Below are positions 12,540 through 24,156 of a stretch of 64,000 nt of DNA, one piece after another. Numbering within the stretch: position 1 is the stretch's first letter; every line of letters begins with the position of its first letter. This DNA comes from Zygnema circumcarinatum SAG 698-1b (Eukaryota; Plantae; Zygnematophyceae). The translations under genes and the position numbers were made by a program. Location: positions 548,689 through 612,688 of the forward strand of contig CM074809.1 of the NCBI GenBank assembly GCA_037447605.1. Direction: 5' to 3'. Under the pieces are notes generated by a model. The model saw only the letters and a program-made list of their open reading frames with translations. It was not told where the DNA came from and did no database searches.

Positions 12540-14110
12540 TACGAATTGTCGTTCTTACAGTAGGACCCCATCATATTCTCCACCTGGTTTTAGCAAATAT
12601 CCGGCGAAAATATTGTTTTTGGCAAATATCAGGTCTGTGTTACCAATAGGCGAACGGAATTATGTTAGAGTTCATGTAGGTTTGTACGTATCGTATCGTA
12701 TCGTTTTATTTCATATCGTACCGCATCGTACAGTATCAGTACAGTTATATGGCTAATAAGGATAGTACGGATAGTACCGTATCGTATCGTATCGAAGCGA
12801 AGATGAAGGGGAGAAGAGCGAGCGCCTCTGACGGCGCCACGTGCGGGGAGAATAGGTGAGTTTTGCGTAAGCCCGTGACGGCTAGTACAGCTAGTACGGC
12901 TAGTACGGTAATACGGGTTGTACGAATTGTACGGGTTGTACGGCTAACACGAAGTTACCGTACAAAAAAGTGGTTTCGGCAAAGGAAAATGATACAGTGG
13001 CCCCACTTTTTGGATATCGGCGCCCCCTTTTGGGAAAAATTGTACTTTTTTTTTGGCTAATCACCCCCCCCCCCCTTGGATCTTTCGGGAGGAGAGATCT
13101 TGTAGACAATCGGACCCCGCGCCTCGCGCGCAGGATCCGACCGTGCACCGACGTACGGCGCCGCGCATCGCGGCGCGGCCCGCGAGATGCGGCGAGCTTA
13201 CGGAAAAGTTGTCCTCACCTGACCCGTTTGGGTCAGAGGTTGCCACGTGGCAGTCTGCCATTGGACAGCCCTGCTGCCGGTCCCCCATGCCGATACAGTG
13301 GACCCCCATAATATTTTCCACCTTGTACAGTGCGTCCCCAAGAAATTTGCCCCGATTTTGCCGAAACCACCTTTTTGTACGGTAACTCAATGTTAACGTA
13401 TTAGGGGTGTTAACCTAACCTGACCTATTCTCCAATACAAAATCTGTTAATCGGAACGGATTTCAAGCATGGGTCACGCTTTAACGCTGTACGGTAAGTA
13501 CGAATAAAATCTCTGAGTCGTACGATATACGTAAAGCACCAATAGGAGCTCTTGTATCTAAATCACGGTACGATACGATACGATACGATACATACGAACA
13601 GACATGAACTCTAACATAATACCGCTCGCCTATTGGTAACACGGACCTTATATTTGCAAATTACGATATTTTCGCCCAGTATTTGCCGAAACCATGGCGA
13701 AAATATTATGGGGGTCCACTGTATCGGCATGGGGGACCGGCAGCAGGGCTGTCCAATGGCAGACTGCCACGTGGCAACCTCTGACCCAAACGGGTCAGGT
13801 GAGGACAACTTTTCCGTAAGCTCGCCGCATCTCGCGGGCCGCGCCGCGATGCGCGGCGCCGTACGTCGGTGCACGGTCGGATCCTGCGCGCGAGGCGCGG
13901 GGTCCGATTGTCTACAAGATCTCTCCTCCCGAAAGATCCAAGGGGGGGGGGTGATTAGCCAAAAAAAAAAAGTACATTTTTTCCCAAAAGGGGGCGCCGA
14001 TATCCAAAAGGTGGGGCCGCTGTATCATTTTCCTCGGCAAAATTGGTGCGAATTTATTGGTGACGCAAATGTTGAGGTGGAAAATATGATGGGGTCCTAC
14101 TGTATTTTGT
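12540..14110. mobile_element. Foldback-like non-coding element, copy 1 (~335-bp inverted arms ~12984-13320 / ~13697-14033)
   Basis: The arms are near-exact reverse complements; (CGTAT)n tracts are present; a related copy lies at 59.4-61.0 kb. Outer boundaries are uncertain. Confidence 0.75.
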
Positions 14111-14355
14111 CGTTCCGTGCAGTGTTGTTCGTACACTATTCGTACGAATAGCTCGCTAAAACCCTAAAACCCTCAATCCTAGGGTTGATTTGGTCCTCCG
14201 CCAAAAGCTGGCAGTCATTGAATCCAACGGTTGAGACCACTGGCAATGGCTGGCTGGGGGTGCCGGCCCATGGTTGGCTAGATCTGGCGCCAGTGGCCAA
14301 AACCATTGGCAATGGTTGGATAAGTTAGCAACCAATGGTTGGCAAATATCCCAAT

Positions 14356-14535
14356 GGTTGATCGAATGGCTGATCCAATGGCTGATCCAATGGCTGATCC
14401 AATGGCTGATTCAATGGCTGATCCAATGGCTGATCCAATGGCCGATTCAATGGCTGATCCAATGGCTGATCCAATGGCTGATCCGATGGCTGACCCAATG
14501 GCTGACCCAATGGCTGATTCAATGGTTGATCCAAC
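14356..14535. repeat. 12-bp minisatellite (GATCCAATGGCT)n
   Basis: About 14 tandem units; produces the MADP/WLIQ repeat ORFs. Confidence 0.92.
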
Positions 14536-16128
14536 CTCTGGTGTGAACGATCCCTAAAAAATGGCGCTGTAGCCAATCGCTTCGGAGGCCTCCGATTGGT
14601 CCATCTCGAACATTTGACGTGGCCGTCAGCCGAATCCTCTGACGACACGTGGCGCGGCGGCGGCCGCCACGGTCGCTTTCGACAGCAGGGAGAGGAGTGG
14701 TCAGGAGGAGGGAAGCCATGGCGAAGGGAGCGGGGGCAGCCATGGCTGCAGCTTTAGGGTTGTGGATGGAGGAGGGTTCTAAGTAATGGAACATGCACTA
14801 GAGAGGTGGGCAGGTGGGTAGTACTGGGAGAGGAGAAGATGAGAGGGAGAGAGTGAAGGTGGGAGGTAGCGGGAGTGAGGGGGGGTGAGCAGCGAGGGAG
14901 AGAGCGGAGAGGCGGAAGAGAAAGAAAGAAAGAAGGAGGTCTATGTCGGCGGGATATGGGTTATGATTGGACCACTGCGTGCAGTTTCTGCGGTGTTTCT
15001 GTGCTTGGATTGCGTGATTCTGTTGAACTATGCGCGGGAGAGGAGGTTCTATGGGGGCAGTTGTGCGTATTACGGCCAACGGCTTCTATGGCACGTCGGG
15101 GGGAGCCTCCTCTGCCTCGCAAGCGGCGCCATGGCCATCTTCTTCCATCCATGGCCGAGCCTCGCAGGTGGGAGAGGGAGAGAGAGGGAGAGAGGGAGGG
15201 AGGGAGAGGGAGAGGGAGGAAGAGGGATGGAGAGGGAGGGAGAGGGAGGGAGAGGGATGGAGAGGGAGGGAGAGGGAGGGAGAGGCTAAATTGACTTTGT
15301 CGTTTTAATTTAGACACAGCTTAAAGCAGCTAAATCTGCTTACCATTGGACAAAGCTCCACTTCCAACCAACTTCATGTTCTGAAAATTAGTTTAGTTCA
15401 AGTTTCAATTCATTAAAAGATATTTTTTTCGGTAAACCAAAATTTCCTCGAAGGAGACTCTCATTTAAGTCAGTTTCCCTGCCTCTCTCCCTCTCCCTCT
15501 CCCTCTCCCTCGCTCTCCCATTCTCCCTCCCTATCCCTCTCCCACTCTCCCTAATTGTTCTTTCTTGTTCCTTCGAGCAGTAATTCACGGAACATCAGCT
15601 GTCCTATTCTGCGCGCCTTCCGCGATCCTTCTCGCGCGGTATACTGCAGGTATTTCTCTTTGACATTTTTTGTGTTAGTGTGATATTTTACGTACCCTAA
15701 AATCCCTAAAACCTAATATATCTTGAGTCTTGAATTCTAAATTCTTCCTGAAATCTGGAACTCTAAATCCTTGACGTAACCTATGAGCATTTTGCATCCT
15801 CATTTCTGTTTTCTTTTTTTTATCTTTGCAATGGTTAGTCCTATTTGCAAAGGAAAACGAATTACTCCTTTCATATTTGTGTCTCCCCCACCCTTCCCCT
15901 TCCCACACCCCCTCTCTCTGACTCTCTCTCTTCCTCCCCATCTGTCTCTCTCCCGCTCTCTCCCTCTCCCTCTCGTCTCCCCCTCTTTCTCTCTCCCTCT
16001 CCCTCTCCTCTCCCCCTCTCTCGCTCTCGCTCCCTCTGACACTCTCTCTCCCTCTCCCTCTCCCCCCTCTCTCTCTCCCTCTCCCTCTCCCTCTCCCTCG
16101 CTCTCCCTCTCCCTCTCCCTCTCTCTCG

Positions 16129-16163
<35 letters not shown>

Positions 16164-16200
16164 TTGGAACCGACGCGGTTTGGGTTCAGGACGCCATGGC

Positions 16201-16750
16201 ATGATGTTATCTGGGTACGCCATAGCCGGCCTGCTATGGGGTCTCTTCGGGCTCCGGGTGGCTCTGAAACCCTCTGATTTGCAGCGCCTCTTTCAGCTCT
16301 ACATCTTCAGGCAAGAAGGCGAAGAAGACGAAGATGAAGCAATCAAAATGGGAAAGACCAAATGGGTTTTGAGAATTATAAACTCTAATTCTTAGTACAT
16401 TAAGATTCCAATTTTTTTTTTTAAGGTATCTGCACCTTTCTCAACCTCCTCCAGTAACTGTGAAACCACTTGTTTGTTGTTATGGCAGCCACACATTCGC
16501 CATAGTTCGAGCCACATTTTGGGTCTACGCCATGGCGGGTCTCCCAACTGAAGAGAACGATTTGGCCTACACTGTGAACACGTTCTCCGCCCTCCTCTCA
16601 ACCCTAATAATGGCGGGGGGGCGGAGGGGGGCGGCGCTGTGGGCCGTACTGCTGGCCCTCTCTCTGTGGGGGGAGGCCCTGGGACTGGGACGTAGGCTCC
16701 ATGTGCTGAGGGGGGGTGGAAGCCGACAAATGCGTCCAATTCACGCATAG
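16201..16750 (+). CDS. Putative small multi-pass membrane protein (~123 aa), two exons joined by a GC-AG intron 16311-16488
   Basis: Hydrophobic segments YAIAGLLWGLFGL, FAIVRATFWVYAMAG, FSALLSTLIM and AALWAVLLALSLW. The AG|GCAAG donor and TATGGCAG acceptor give a continuous frame. Confidence 0.45.
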
Positions 16751-17468
16751 AAAATGTGGACCGTGGGTAGGAGAGTTATGACATGACATATCTCCCTCTC
16801 CCTCTCCCTCTCCCTCTCCCTCGCCTCTCCTCGCCTCTCTCTCTCCTCCCCTCTCTTTTTTTAATCTCTTTCTCTACGCATAGCTAGGTTTCGATCACTT
16901 TCAGCAGTCTTTAGCATTATTTATCTTGAGAAAATTCGAAGGTGTACATAATTATCCCTCTCCTTTTTTGACAGCTAACTAGTTGTTTGCTGGAAACTAA
17001 GCACAGTACTTGCAGCAGAAATTGAGAGAGTTTTCTCATACGGTTTTTTGGCGTCAAATTCAGCACATATATATGAACTGTTGTCTCTATCAGAAGTCCG
17101 GAATTAAAAATTTCCACTTCATTGTCAAGGCAAGAAGGAGACAAAAGTTGCGGTTTGAACGGAAAAACAAGAAATGGGGCACTTGCTTGTCTTTCAAAGG
17201 AAAAAAAAATATCCTATCGAAAACCAGATCTCTTGCGCTTGTACAAACTTCCGAATGAAGGAAGGAAAAAACGAAGCCCTATCAAAAAAATCCTCCTCCT
17301 CTCCTGTTGCTACGGCAGGGTTTAATGCACGCAGGAAACGAAAAGCATCCCAAACAAAAAAGAACATAGCTCGTACCCTAATAAAAAATACACAGGCAGG
17401 CAGATTGCAACATACCGCTTCCTCCGCAGAAGAAAAAAAAGAAAAAAGAAACGGGCCCTTCCCCCCCT

Positions 17469-18551
17469 TTATTTCAGTAAATCAGCTGCTAATCGTTCAG
17501 CAATTGACACCTTCAAAGAAGGCGAAACTGAATCCTTCCCGAGGTAAACCTGATTGAGAGCGAGCAGAAGATCAGGAGACTTTATAGTCGTGGTTTTTGC
17601 GCCTTCCGGAACCTTCTTATTGCCCTCCGAAGCCGTGACATTTGTCACATGGGTCGACTCGGGAGATTCAAGTCCAAGGTAGACCCGAGCTCCGGAGGAG
17701 AAGGAGGCCCCTTTAAAGGCATCAAGGAAGGACTGAAGGACCTCCTTCCCAACACCCTTTGCTTTAAGACGAGGCTCCAAATTTTCTGCAAGTCCGTTCG
17801 CAAACTGCTGACCGCTTATATCTCGAACAAAGCAAATCTGCAAGAAGACGAAAACGCTTACTTAAGTTTAAGAAAAACGTAGTTTTTTGAAATAAAAGAT
17901 GAAATGCTGGAATGGGGCTTTAGGGTTTGGGTGGACTGCTGCTTCACATAGGGGCGGGGAAGGAAGGAGCAAAAGTGGGGTCAGCAAACGACACCGTCAC
18001 AGTCTTCTGCGAGGATGATTCTGCCAATGCATTGAAAAATTGCTCGTGGTTTGCGAGCTGCCCCTCTGCATTTTATCCCCAAGAAAGCCAAGTTGAAAAC
18101 CCAGTTCACCATTTAGGAGCAAATTAAAATTTGGGTTTTTTTTATGTGTAAAATTCTGTCTTGTACGCTTCGTGGTTTGACTAGAGCGAGATAGAGAGAG
18201 AGAAAGCGAGAGAAAGAGAGAGAGAGAGAGAGGGGGACCGAGAGGCTCGTTCCTCTTATGGGTCACTCCAAGCTTCCTTTTCTGCTCATGAACAGAGCCA
18301 AACCGAAGGTATTTAAAAACGATCTTATAAAAAAAAAAAAAAAAAAGCCTACTCGATAATCCCTTAAAGGCCGCCAGCGCCTCCACAACGCTCGACTGCG
18401 CATAGAACGCCACCGCGTACACCTTCACTCCCACAAAGCCGATCTTCTTCTCGCGCAGGCCCGCGCCCAACAGCTGGACCTCCTGCATGGCGGGTGACGT
18501 CACGCTGCTGGGAAACATCACGCCGGTCGATGGCTCTCGCACCTCCTCCAT
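17469..18551 (-). CDS. Chalcone-isomerase-fold (fatty-acid-binding protein-like) protein, 3 exons; an upstream transit-peptide exon is possible
   Basis: EPSTGVMFP, LLGAGLREKKIGFVGVKVYAVAFY and C-terminal ALNQVYLGKDSVSPSLKVSIAERL are typical CHI-fold motifs; a middle exon lies near 18.0 kb. Confidence 0.85.
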
Positions 18552-19669
18552 GGCTCTGATCTGCACTCTCTTTCCCTCTCTCCCTCTCTCCCTCTCTATC
18601 CCTCTCTCTCTCCCTCTCCCTCCCTCACTCTCTCCCTCTCCCTCTCCCTCTCCCTCTCCCTCACTCTCTCTCTCGCTCCCACTCTCTCCCTCTCCCCTTT
18701 CTCACACTCTCCTTCACTCCTCTCCCTCTGGACTCCCTTCCTCTCTAAGGAATATGTTTACCTTTGCTCTCTCTCTCCCTCTCTCTCCCTCTCCCTCTCT
18801 CTCTCTTTCTCTCCCTCTCTCTCCCTCTCCCCTATCTCACACTCTCCTTCACTCCTCTCCCTCTGGACTCCCTTCCCTCTCTAAGGAGTATCTTTACCTT
18901 TGCTCTCTCACTCTCTCTCTCCCCCTCTCTCCCTTTCCCCCCCTCTCTCTCTGTCTCTCTCTTCTTTCAGGCGGCTCTCCCCCTCTCGCTTCCTCTCCCT
19001 CTGTCTTTCAGGACATGGCCTGTCTCCACGCTCGCTTCCTCCCCCGTGGGCGGACTCGACAGGAAACCAGAAACCGGGGAGCGAGCAAATTGAAAAACGT
19101 GCTGACGTATGGGAAAGAATGACTGACGCCAGCACAAAAAAGGTTGCCCGCGAGAAACTCAGAAATTGCGCAGATAGCAAACAAAAACCTTGTTGATGTA
19201 CAAATAATGACGTCATCAAAAACTGGTTTGCCAAGTGGCAGGTGCTTAGGCAAGTGCGCGTTCGTTTGTCGTTTTATTACACGACGCGTTACCGTACACA
19301 ATCGCAACGACAAAACTACCGTCCGTCCCATACCATATCCCTGAAGGAAAAAAATGATCTGTGTGAACTCTCGTCAAATTATCGTTGTCAAAAAATATGA
19401 CGGGCGGCGAGCCCTGCTGACGTGGTATGCGGACACGGCGCCACGTGGCAGAATACTCCGCCGCCCGTTGGGCGTGTTGGTGAGTCGCGGCGAAGGATCG
19501 CTTCAAAATGGTGACGCCAGCGTGGCGCCAGCAGGGCGTTTAGTCCACTACGAGGGGGCCACGCGTCATGTAACGTCATATGACACCATGTGACGTTGCA
19601 TGACGTCATCAACGTAACCCTCGGAGCAGCCTCAGTAATGAAGTTCATATGCACACACAAATCGAACTC

Positions 19670-19975
19670 CAGCCAACCAACCAACGAACCAGCCAACCAA
19701 CCAACCCACCCGCCAACCAGCCACCCACTCAACCAACCAACCAACCAACCAACTACGTAACTCATCCAGCCAGCCACCCAACCAGCCACCCAACCAGCCA
19801 ACCAGCCAACCAGCCACCCAATCAGCCAACCAACCAATTACGTAACCCATCCAGCCAGCCACCCAACCAGCCAACCAAGCAGCCAACCAGTCAGGCAACT
19901 AAATAATCACCCAACCAACCAGCCAACCAACCAACCAGCCAACCAACGAGTCACCCTACCAACCAACCAACCAAA
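19670..19975. repeat. Degenerate (CCAA/CCAG)n tandem repeat
   Basis: Repeated AACCAGCCAACC/AGCCACCC units; produces the GWLV-repeat ORFs. Confidence 0.9.
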
Positions 19976-22125
19976 ACCTGCCAACGAGCAACCGACCGCC
20001 AAACCACAAAGACAGTGTGAACGAGAACAATGTAGTTTTTACAATTTAGTTTTTATCTTCACCCCATAGACAACACATGCGGAGTTTATCCGCCTCTTTC
20101 ATTTTTTTGAGAAGCCAAAATCTTTAATTTCCTTTTTTCTCAACCTGTTCGGTTTTACGCTAATCAGTGTCTACCACGTGGAGGTCACGATTGTTCCAAG
20201 CCAAAAGCCAAAAGGATAAAAAAGTGCCCAAATGCTCGAGAACATTCAATCTTTTGACACCCATGACTGCGATTCACAGCCCGCCTCCCTCCCTTGCTCC
20301 TTCAAGTGGGTCAAAAGCAAAGGAGCTGTCCAACGTCCTTCACAACAGGAAATCCGTTCAGCTCTGAGCAACAGGAGCTACAAATAGAGCCTTACATAAC
20401 GGCAAGATTCTTTGTAATACTGCAAATGTGACTACGACTGCTTCCTCCATAACGTGGAAGACAATTTTTCAGGGCCGGAAAGTGAAGAAAAGTTGAAACA
20501 CTAAAAATTCCCCCAACCCTAAATGCATGGTGCTGTATCCATAAAGGCACATCCCTTGCCGTGGCTCCTTCCACGTCCTTGAGAGTCAACCTTTACCCTA
20601 AAAGCCAACCTTCATGACTGGACATAAAGGGGCCTGAAACAGTCCTCGCATTTACTCTGACTGCAGGAATTTTCTTAATCTCAAAATGGACTGAGGATAG
20701 GATAAACTCAAACATCATTCCGGACGGCATGAAGGGGCAGAACTCCCAAGGGCAAACGAAGTCAAAATAAAAGTTGGGACAGTGAAGAGGAAAACAAAAC
20801 AAGAAAAGGGAAATGAACGAGAAGAAGCAAAGTAAAGGAAAGGTAGTCACGAGATTTTGATGCGATGAAGGATCACGTGAATCAGCAAATAAAGAGAAAC
20901 AATTTTATCATCCATGGGACGGCCGCACAAAGGACCAAAGCAGCTCACATGTTTGCAAACTCTGTCTGCACATTGCCAATCTCCTACACCCCTCCAAAAA
21001 AAAACCCAACAAAAAGTCTCAACAGAAAGACAGTCCTCAAGCCATTAAAGTTTTTTATTACCCTATACGGCATGCCCCCACCCCCCCATGCTTTGCATGT
21101 CCATGCATGAAGTGTCCAGCCCTGCACATCCCTTCAAGATTCAAGGTGTGGGGCCGCATTGTATGGGCAGCCGGATAGATGGATGGATGGATGGATGGGT
21201 GAGGGAGAGGCTGCGAGAGAGAGGCACGCCGCGATGTGTCCAATCCCTTTCAGGAAGGCGGATGGCCCGCCACAACATCTGTTCAAGAGGGGGCATGAAA
21301 CAGCAGGGCATGAGCATGCCTCGCCACTAGGGCCACAGCCAATGAGAGGAGAGGGGAGAGGGAGAACAGGGAACGGAAGAGGGACGAGGGGATGAAGGGC
21401 AGTGGAGATGGAGGAGAGGAAGAGAGCAGAGGAGACGAGAGATGGGAGGAGATGGGAAGGAGAGTGGCGAGAGGAGAGGAGCAAACGAAGAGAAGTGGAG
21501 GAAGGTGAGTGGAAAGTAAAGGAGAGAAGAAAGGTGGAGAAAGACAGCACGTGAAAAATTGGGAAGTGTAAGGGTGAAGGAAGAGGAGGAGGATATCCAG
21601 CCCCAAGCTCAAAGGAGTGAGATAAAAAGGGCACGAATGGATAGAGTGGAGCAGCACGTTAATTCTCAACAAGGACTTCAAATTCACCACATAACACACA
21701 GAACTATGTAAATATTCCGTCACCACCAACTCCTCTTTGTCAATTCAAGGCACATTCCAAATGTTCAACCATGAACGAACGTGGAGTTAAACTTGCACAA
21801 CAAAGAAAATGAAGTCATCTGATGGCAGCATATGGCATAATCGTCAACATGAATTGAACAACTCATCAAACCTCCATCTCCGCTTCCAGCAATAACAAAG
21901 GAATAGCAGGAGCAAAGATCTGACAACAAGCTTCATCAACTTCAAGCTTATCACTTCCTGCTATAGCAGAGCACAATACCCTAAACAAGCAGAACCACAT
22001 CGTCCTCTTCCAAAGCAGCAAACCAAACGTCCTCTGCGCAAGCTCCAAACGAGTCCATCACTGTTGCATCGATGTTGGCAGGACAGCATGCAGGACCCAT
22101 TGGACAATTTAACCAGGGCTTTGAC

Positions 22126-24156
22126 TCAGGATAAGGATGGAGAGAAGGAGAGAGAAGGTGTGAGAGAGGTATGAGTCGCACTTGAACCGGCCACTTGTAC
22201 CGCTCCTTGCGACAAAGGGTAAGGCATTCCTTGCGAAGGATACGGAGCCGCTATGAAGTACTGGCCCGGTTGAAGCACAACCCCCTGCTGGACCACTGAA
22301 TGCTGTACAGGCTGCCCCATAGCATGCGAAGAAAATGCCATCTGAGGCTGAGGTTGCTGCTGCTGCTGCTGCTGCTGGTGCATGAAGTTTGGCTGCTGAA
22401 AAGAGAGTTGAATGTTGGAAGGGAGGGGGAGAGGCGAGAGAGGCACAGCAGGAGATGGAGGGTTCATGGGAGACATTTGAGGTTGTGGAGTGGCTGAAGT
22501 GGGGGCTAATGGAGTAGGTCCTGCTGCTTGGGAAATTGCAGGAGGCTGCGGAGTTAGTCCCTGCAAATGATATGTAGTTAAAGTTTGAGCTTGCTGCCCC
22601 ATTGCCGGCCTGAGATGCTGCTGTACGAACATGGTCTGTGCCCCAAACTGACTTGGATGTGGGCCTGGAGGAGGGCGAGGATTTGGTAACAACATCCCTT
22701 GCGCTTGCGTTTGCGTTTGTTGCATTTGTTGGTATTTTTGTTGTTGCTGTTCCTGTTGCTGCTGTTGTTGTGCAAACTGTTTCTGTGCTTCAGCTGTCGG
22801 CTCTGCACCTGCTTGGCTGCTTGATAATGATGGCCTCGGTGTTACAGAAGTCCCCGGGGTCCCTAGTATTGAGGAAGAGGGGGTCCCTGGAGGAGTTTCA
22901 AGCTGAGATCGCTGCTGTTGCTGTCCCGCCGATGACTGCGGAGCTGCATTCGGAATGGAGGGATGCGCGGTAACATAATGAACATTTTGTGCACTGCCCA
23001 CCACATACTGAGGAGGTGTGCCCACAGCGACATACGGCTGCTGTTGGGGCATAACCTGCCCTGAAGGAAATAAAATCTGTGTTCCCACGGGCGCCCCCAA
23101 TATAGAGGCCCCAGTTGAAGCTGGGCCAGCAAGCGCGCTTGAAGAAACAGGCATTTCAGATGCAAAAAAGTTGCCATTAGCAGAAGAGTATGCAGGAGTA
23201 CGCATCATTGTCTGCATTTGCTGCGGCGGTTGAGGATTTAGTGCTTGCGCGGGAGAGGAGAGGGCCATCGGAGACTGTGGTAGAGCAAACTGTCCTTGTG
23301 TCCATAGAGCCTTCCCAAGATCAGTTGAAGGACTACTCACATTTCCAGCTGAAAGCTGCCCCTGTCCCTGCCCTTGATTTTGACCTACCCCCCTCTGCTT
23401 TGAGCCCTCCCCAGCCAGCTTACAATACACCTGATGACCTGCAAGCATTTTGTGGGGCTCCAAAAGCGCCTTTTTTGCAGCTTCCACTGTCTGATACAGA
23501 ATCAACGCATACCCCTTTGACTTTTTTGACGCTCTATCAAACCCTATCGGCGGTTCTTCCAGCGAGCCGTACTCAGAAAACAAAGCTTCAACCTGCTCAA
23601 CTGTGCATTCTGCCGGCACGTTCCCTACATAGATTTTCCTCGGATCCCCTGCCTGCACTGCCCCTAGCTGAGGCCCTGCAGCTGCAAGCTGGAACATCAC
23701 CACCCTCCCATCTATAGTCTTGAAAGGCTCCTCTAAAGCAGCAAGGCACCCATCGATATGGCGGTACGTCACGAATCCGAACCCTCTCGACCTCCCTGTA
23801 TCCTTGTCAGAAATAACCATCCCCTCCTCTATTTCTCCATGCTCTGCAAATGCGGCTTTCAGCGTCTCGCTCACAGTCTCAAACCCTAATCCGCGTACGA
23901 AAAGCTTACGACTTCCCGGCTCCTTCCCTAAAAATGCACGCGCATTCTCCATCACGTCGCTATGCTGCCATGCCGCTTCAAGAAGGAGAGCCTCCAGCTG
24001 CTCCCTCGACAGCAGCGACATCACCTTCTTCATCGTCTCCTTCGACCCCGACCTTGGAGCGCCCTCCTGCTGACACGTGGCACCATTGTGGGCGGCCGCC
24101 ATGGCCGATCCATCCTCCAATTTGCGCTTCTTCACGTCCTCCTCCGCGTCCGCCAT
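22126..24156 (-). CDS. UBP1-associated protein 2 (UBA2)-like two-RRM protein with a long Q/P-rich tail, intronless, 676 aa
   Basis: RKLFVRGLGFET...GRSRGFGFVTY and RKIYVGNVP...KSKGYALILY RRMs; start at GCAGCCATGGCG. Confidence 0.88.
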   Translation of the reverse strand: MADAEEDVKKRKLEDGSAMAAAHNGATCQQEGAPRSGSKETMKKVMSLLSREQLEALLLEAAWQHSDVMENARAFLGKEPGSRKLFVRGLGFETVSETLKAAFAEHGEIEEGMVISDKDTGRSRGFGFVTYRHIDGCLAALEEPFKTIDGRVVMFQLAAAGPQLGAVQAGDPRKIYVGNVPAECTVEQVEALFSEYGSLEEPPIGFDRASKKSKGYALILYQTVEAAKKALLEPHKMLAGHQVYCKLAGEGSKQRGVGQNQGQGQGQLSAGNVSSPSTDLGKALWTQGQFALPQSPMALSSPAQALNPQPPQQMQTMMRTPAYSSANGNFFASEMPVSSSALAGPASTGASILGAPVGTQILFPSGQVMPQQQPYVAVGTPPQYVVGSAQNVHYVTAHPSIPNAAPQSSAGQQQQRSQLETPPGTPSSSILGTPGTSVTPRPSLSSSQAGAEPTAEAQKQFAQQQQQQEQQQQKYQQMQQTQTQAQGMLLPNPRPPPGPHPSQFGAQTMFVQQHLRPAMGQQAQTLTTYHLQGLTPQPPAISQAAGPTPLAPTSATPQPQMSPMNPPSPAVPLSPLPLPSNIQLSFQQPNFMHQQQQQQQQPQPQMAFSSHAMGQPVQHSVVQQGVVLQPGQYFIAAPYPSQGMPYPLSQGAVQVAGSSATHTSLTPSLSFSPSLS

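Noticed and set aside
14519-15317. Several ORFs, including a transit-peptide-like MAAPAPFAMAS...
   Set aside because: They run into GA-rich or minisatellite sequence, and no spliceable continuation was found.
20000-21730. Possible exons downstream of the UBA2-like gene
   Set aside because: Could not build a phase-consistent model or recognise a domain.
23190-23717. 175-aa plus-strand ORF
   Set aside because: Antisense to the RRM gene.
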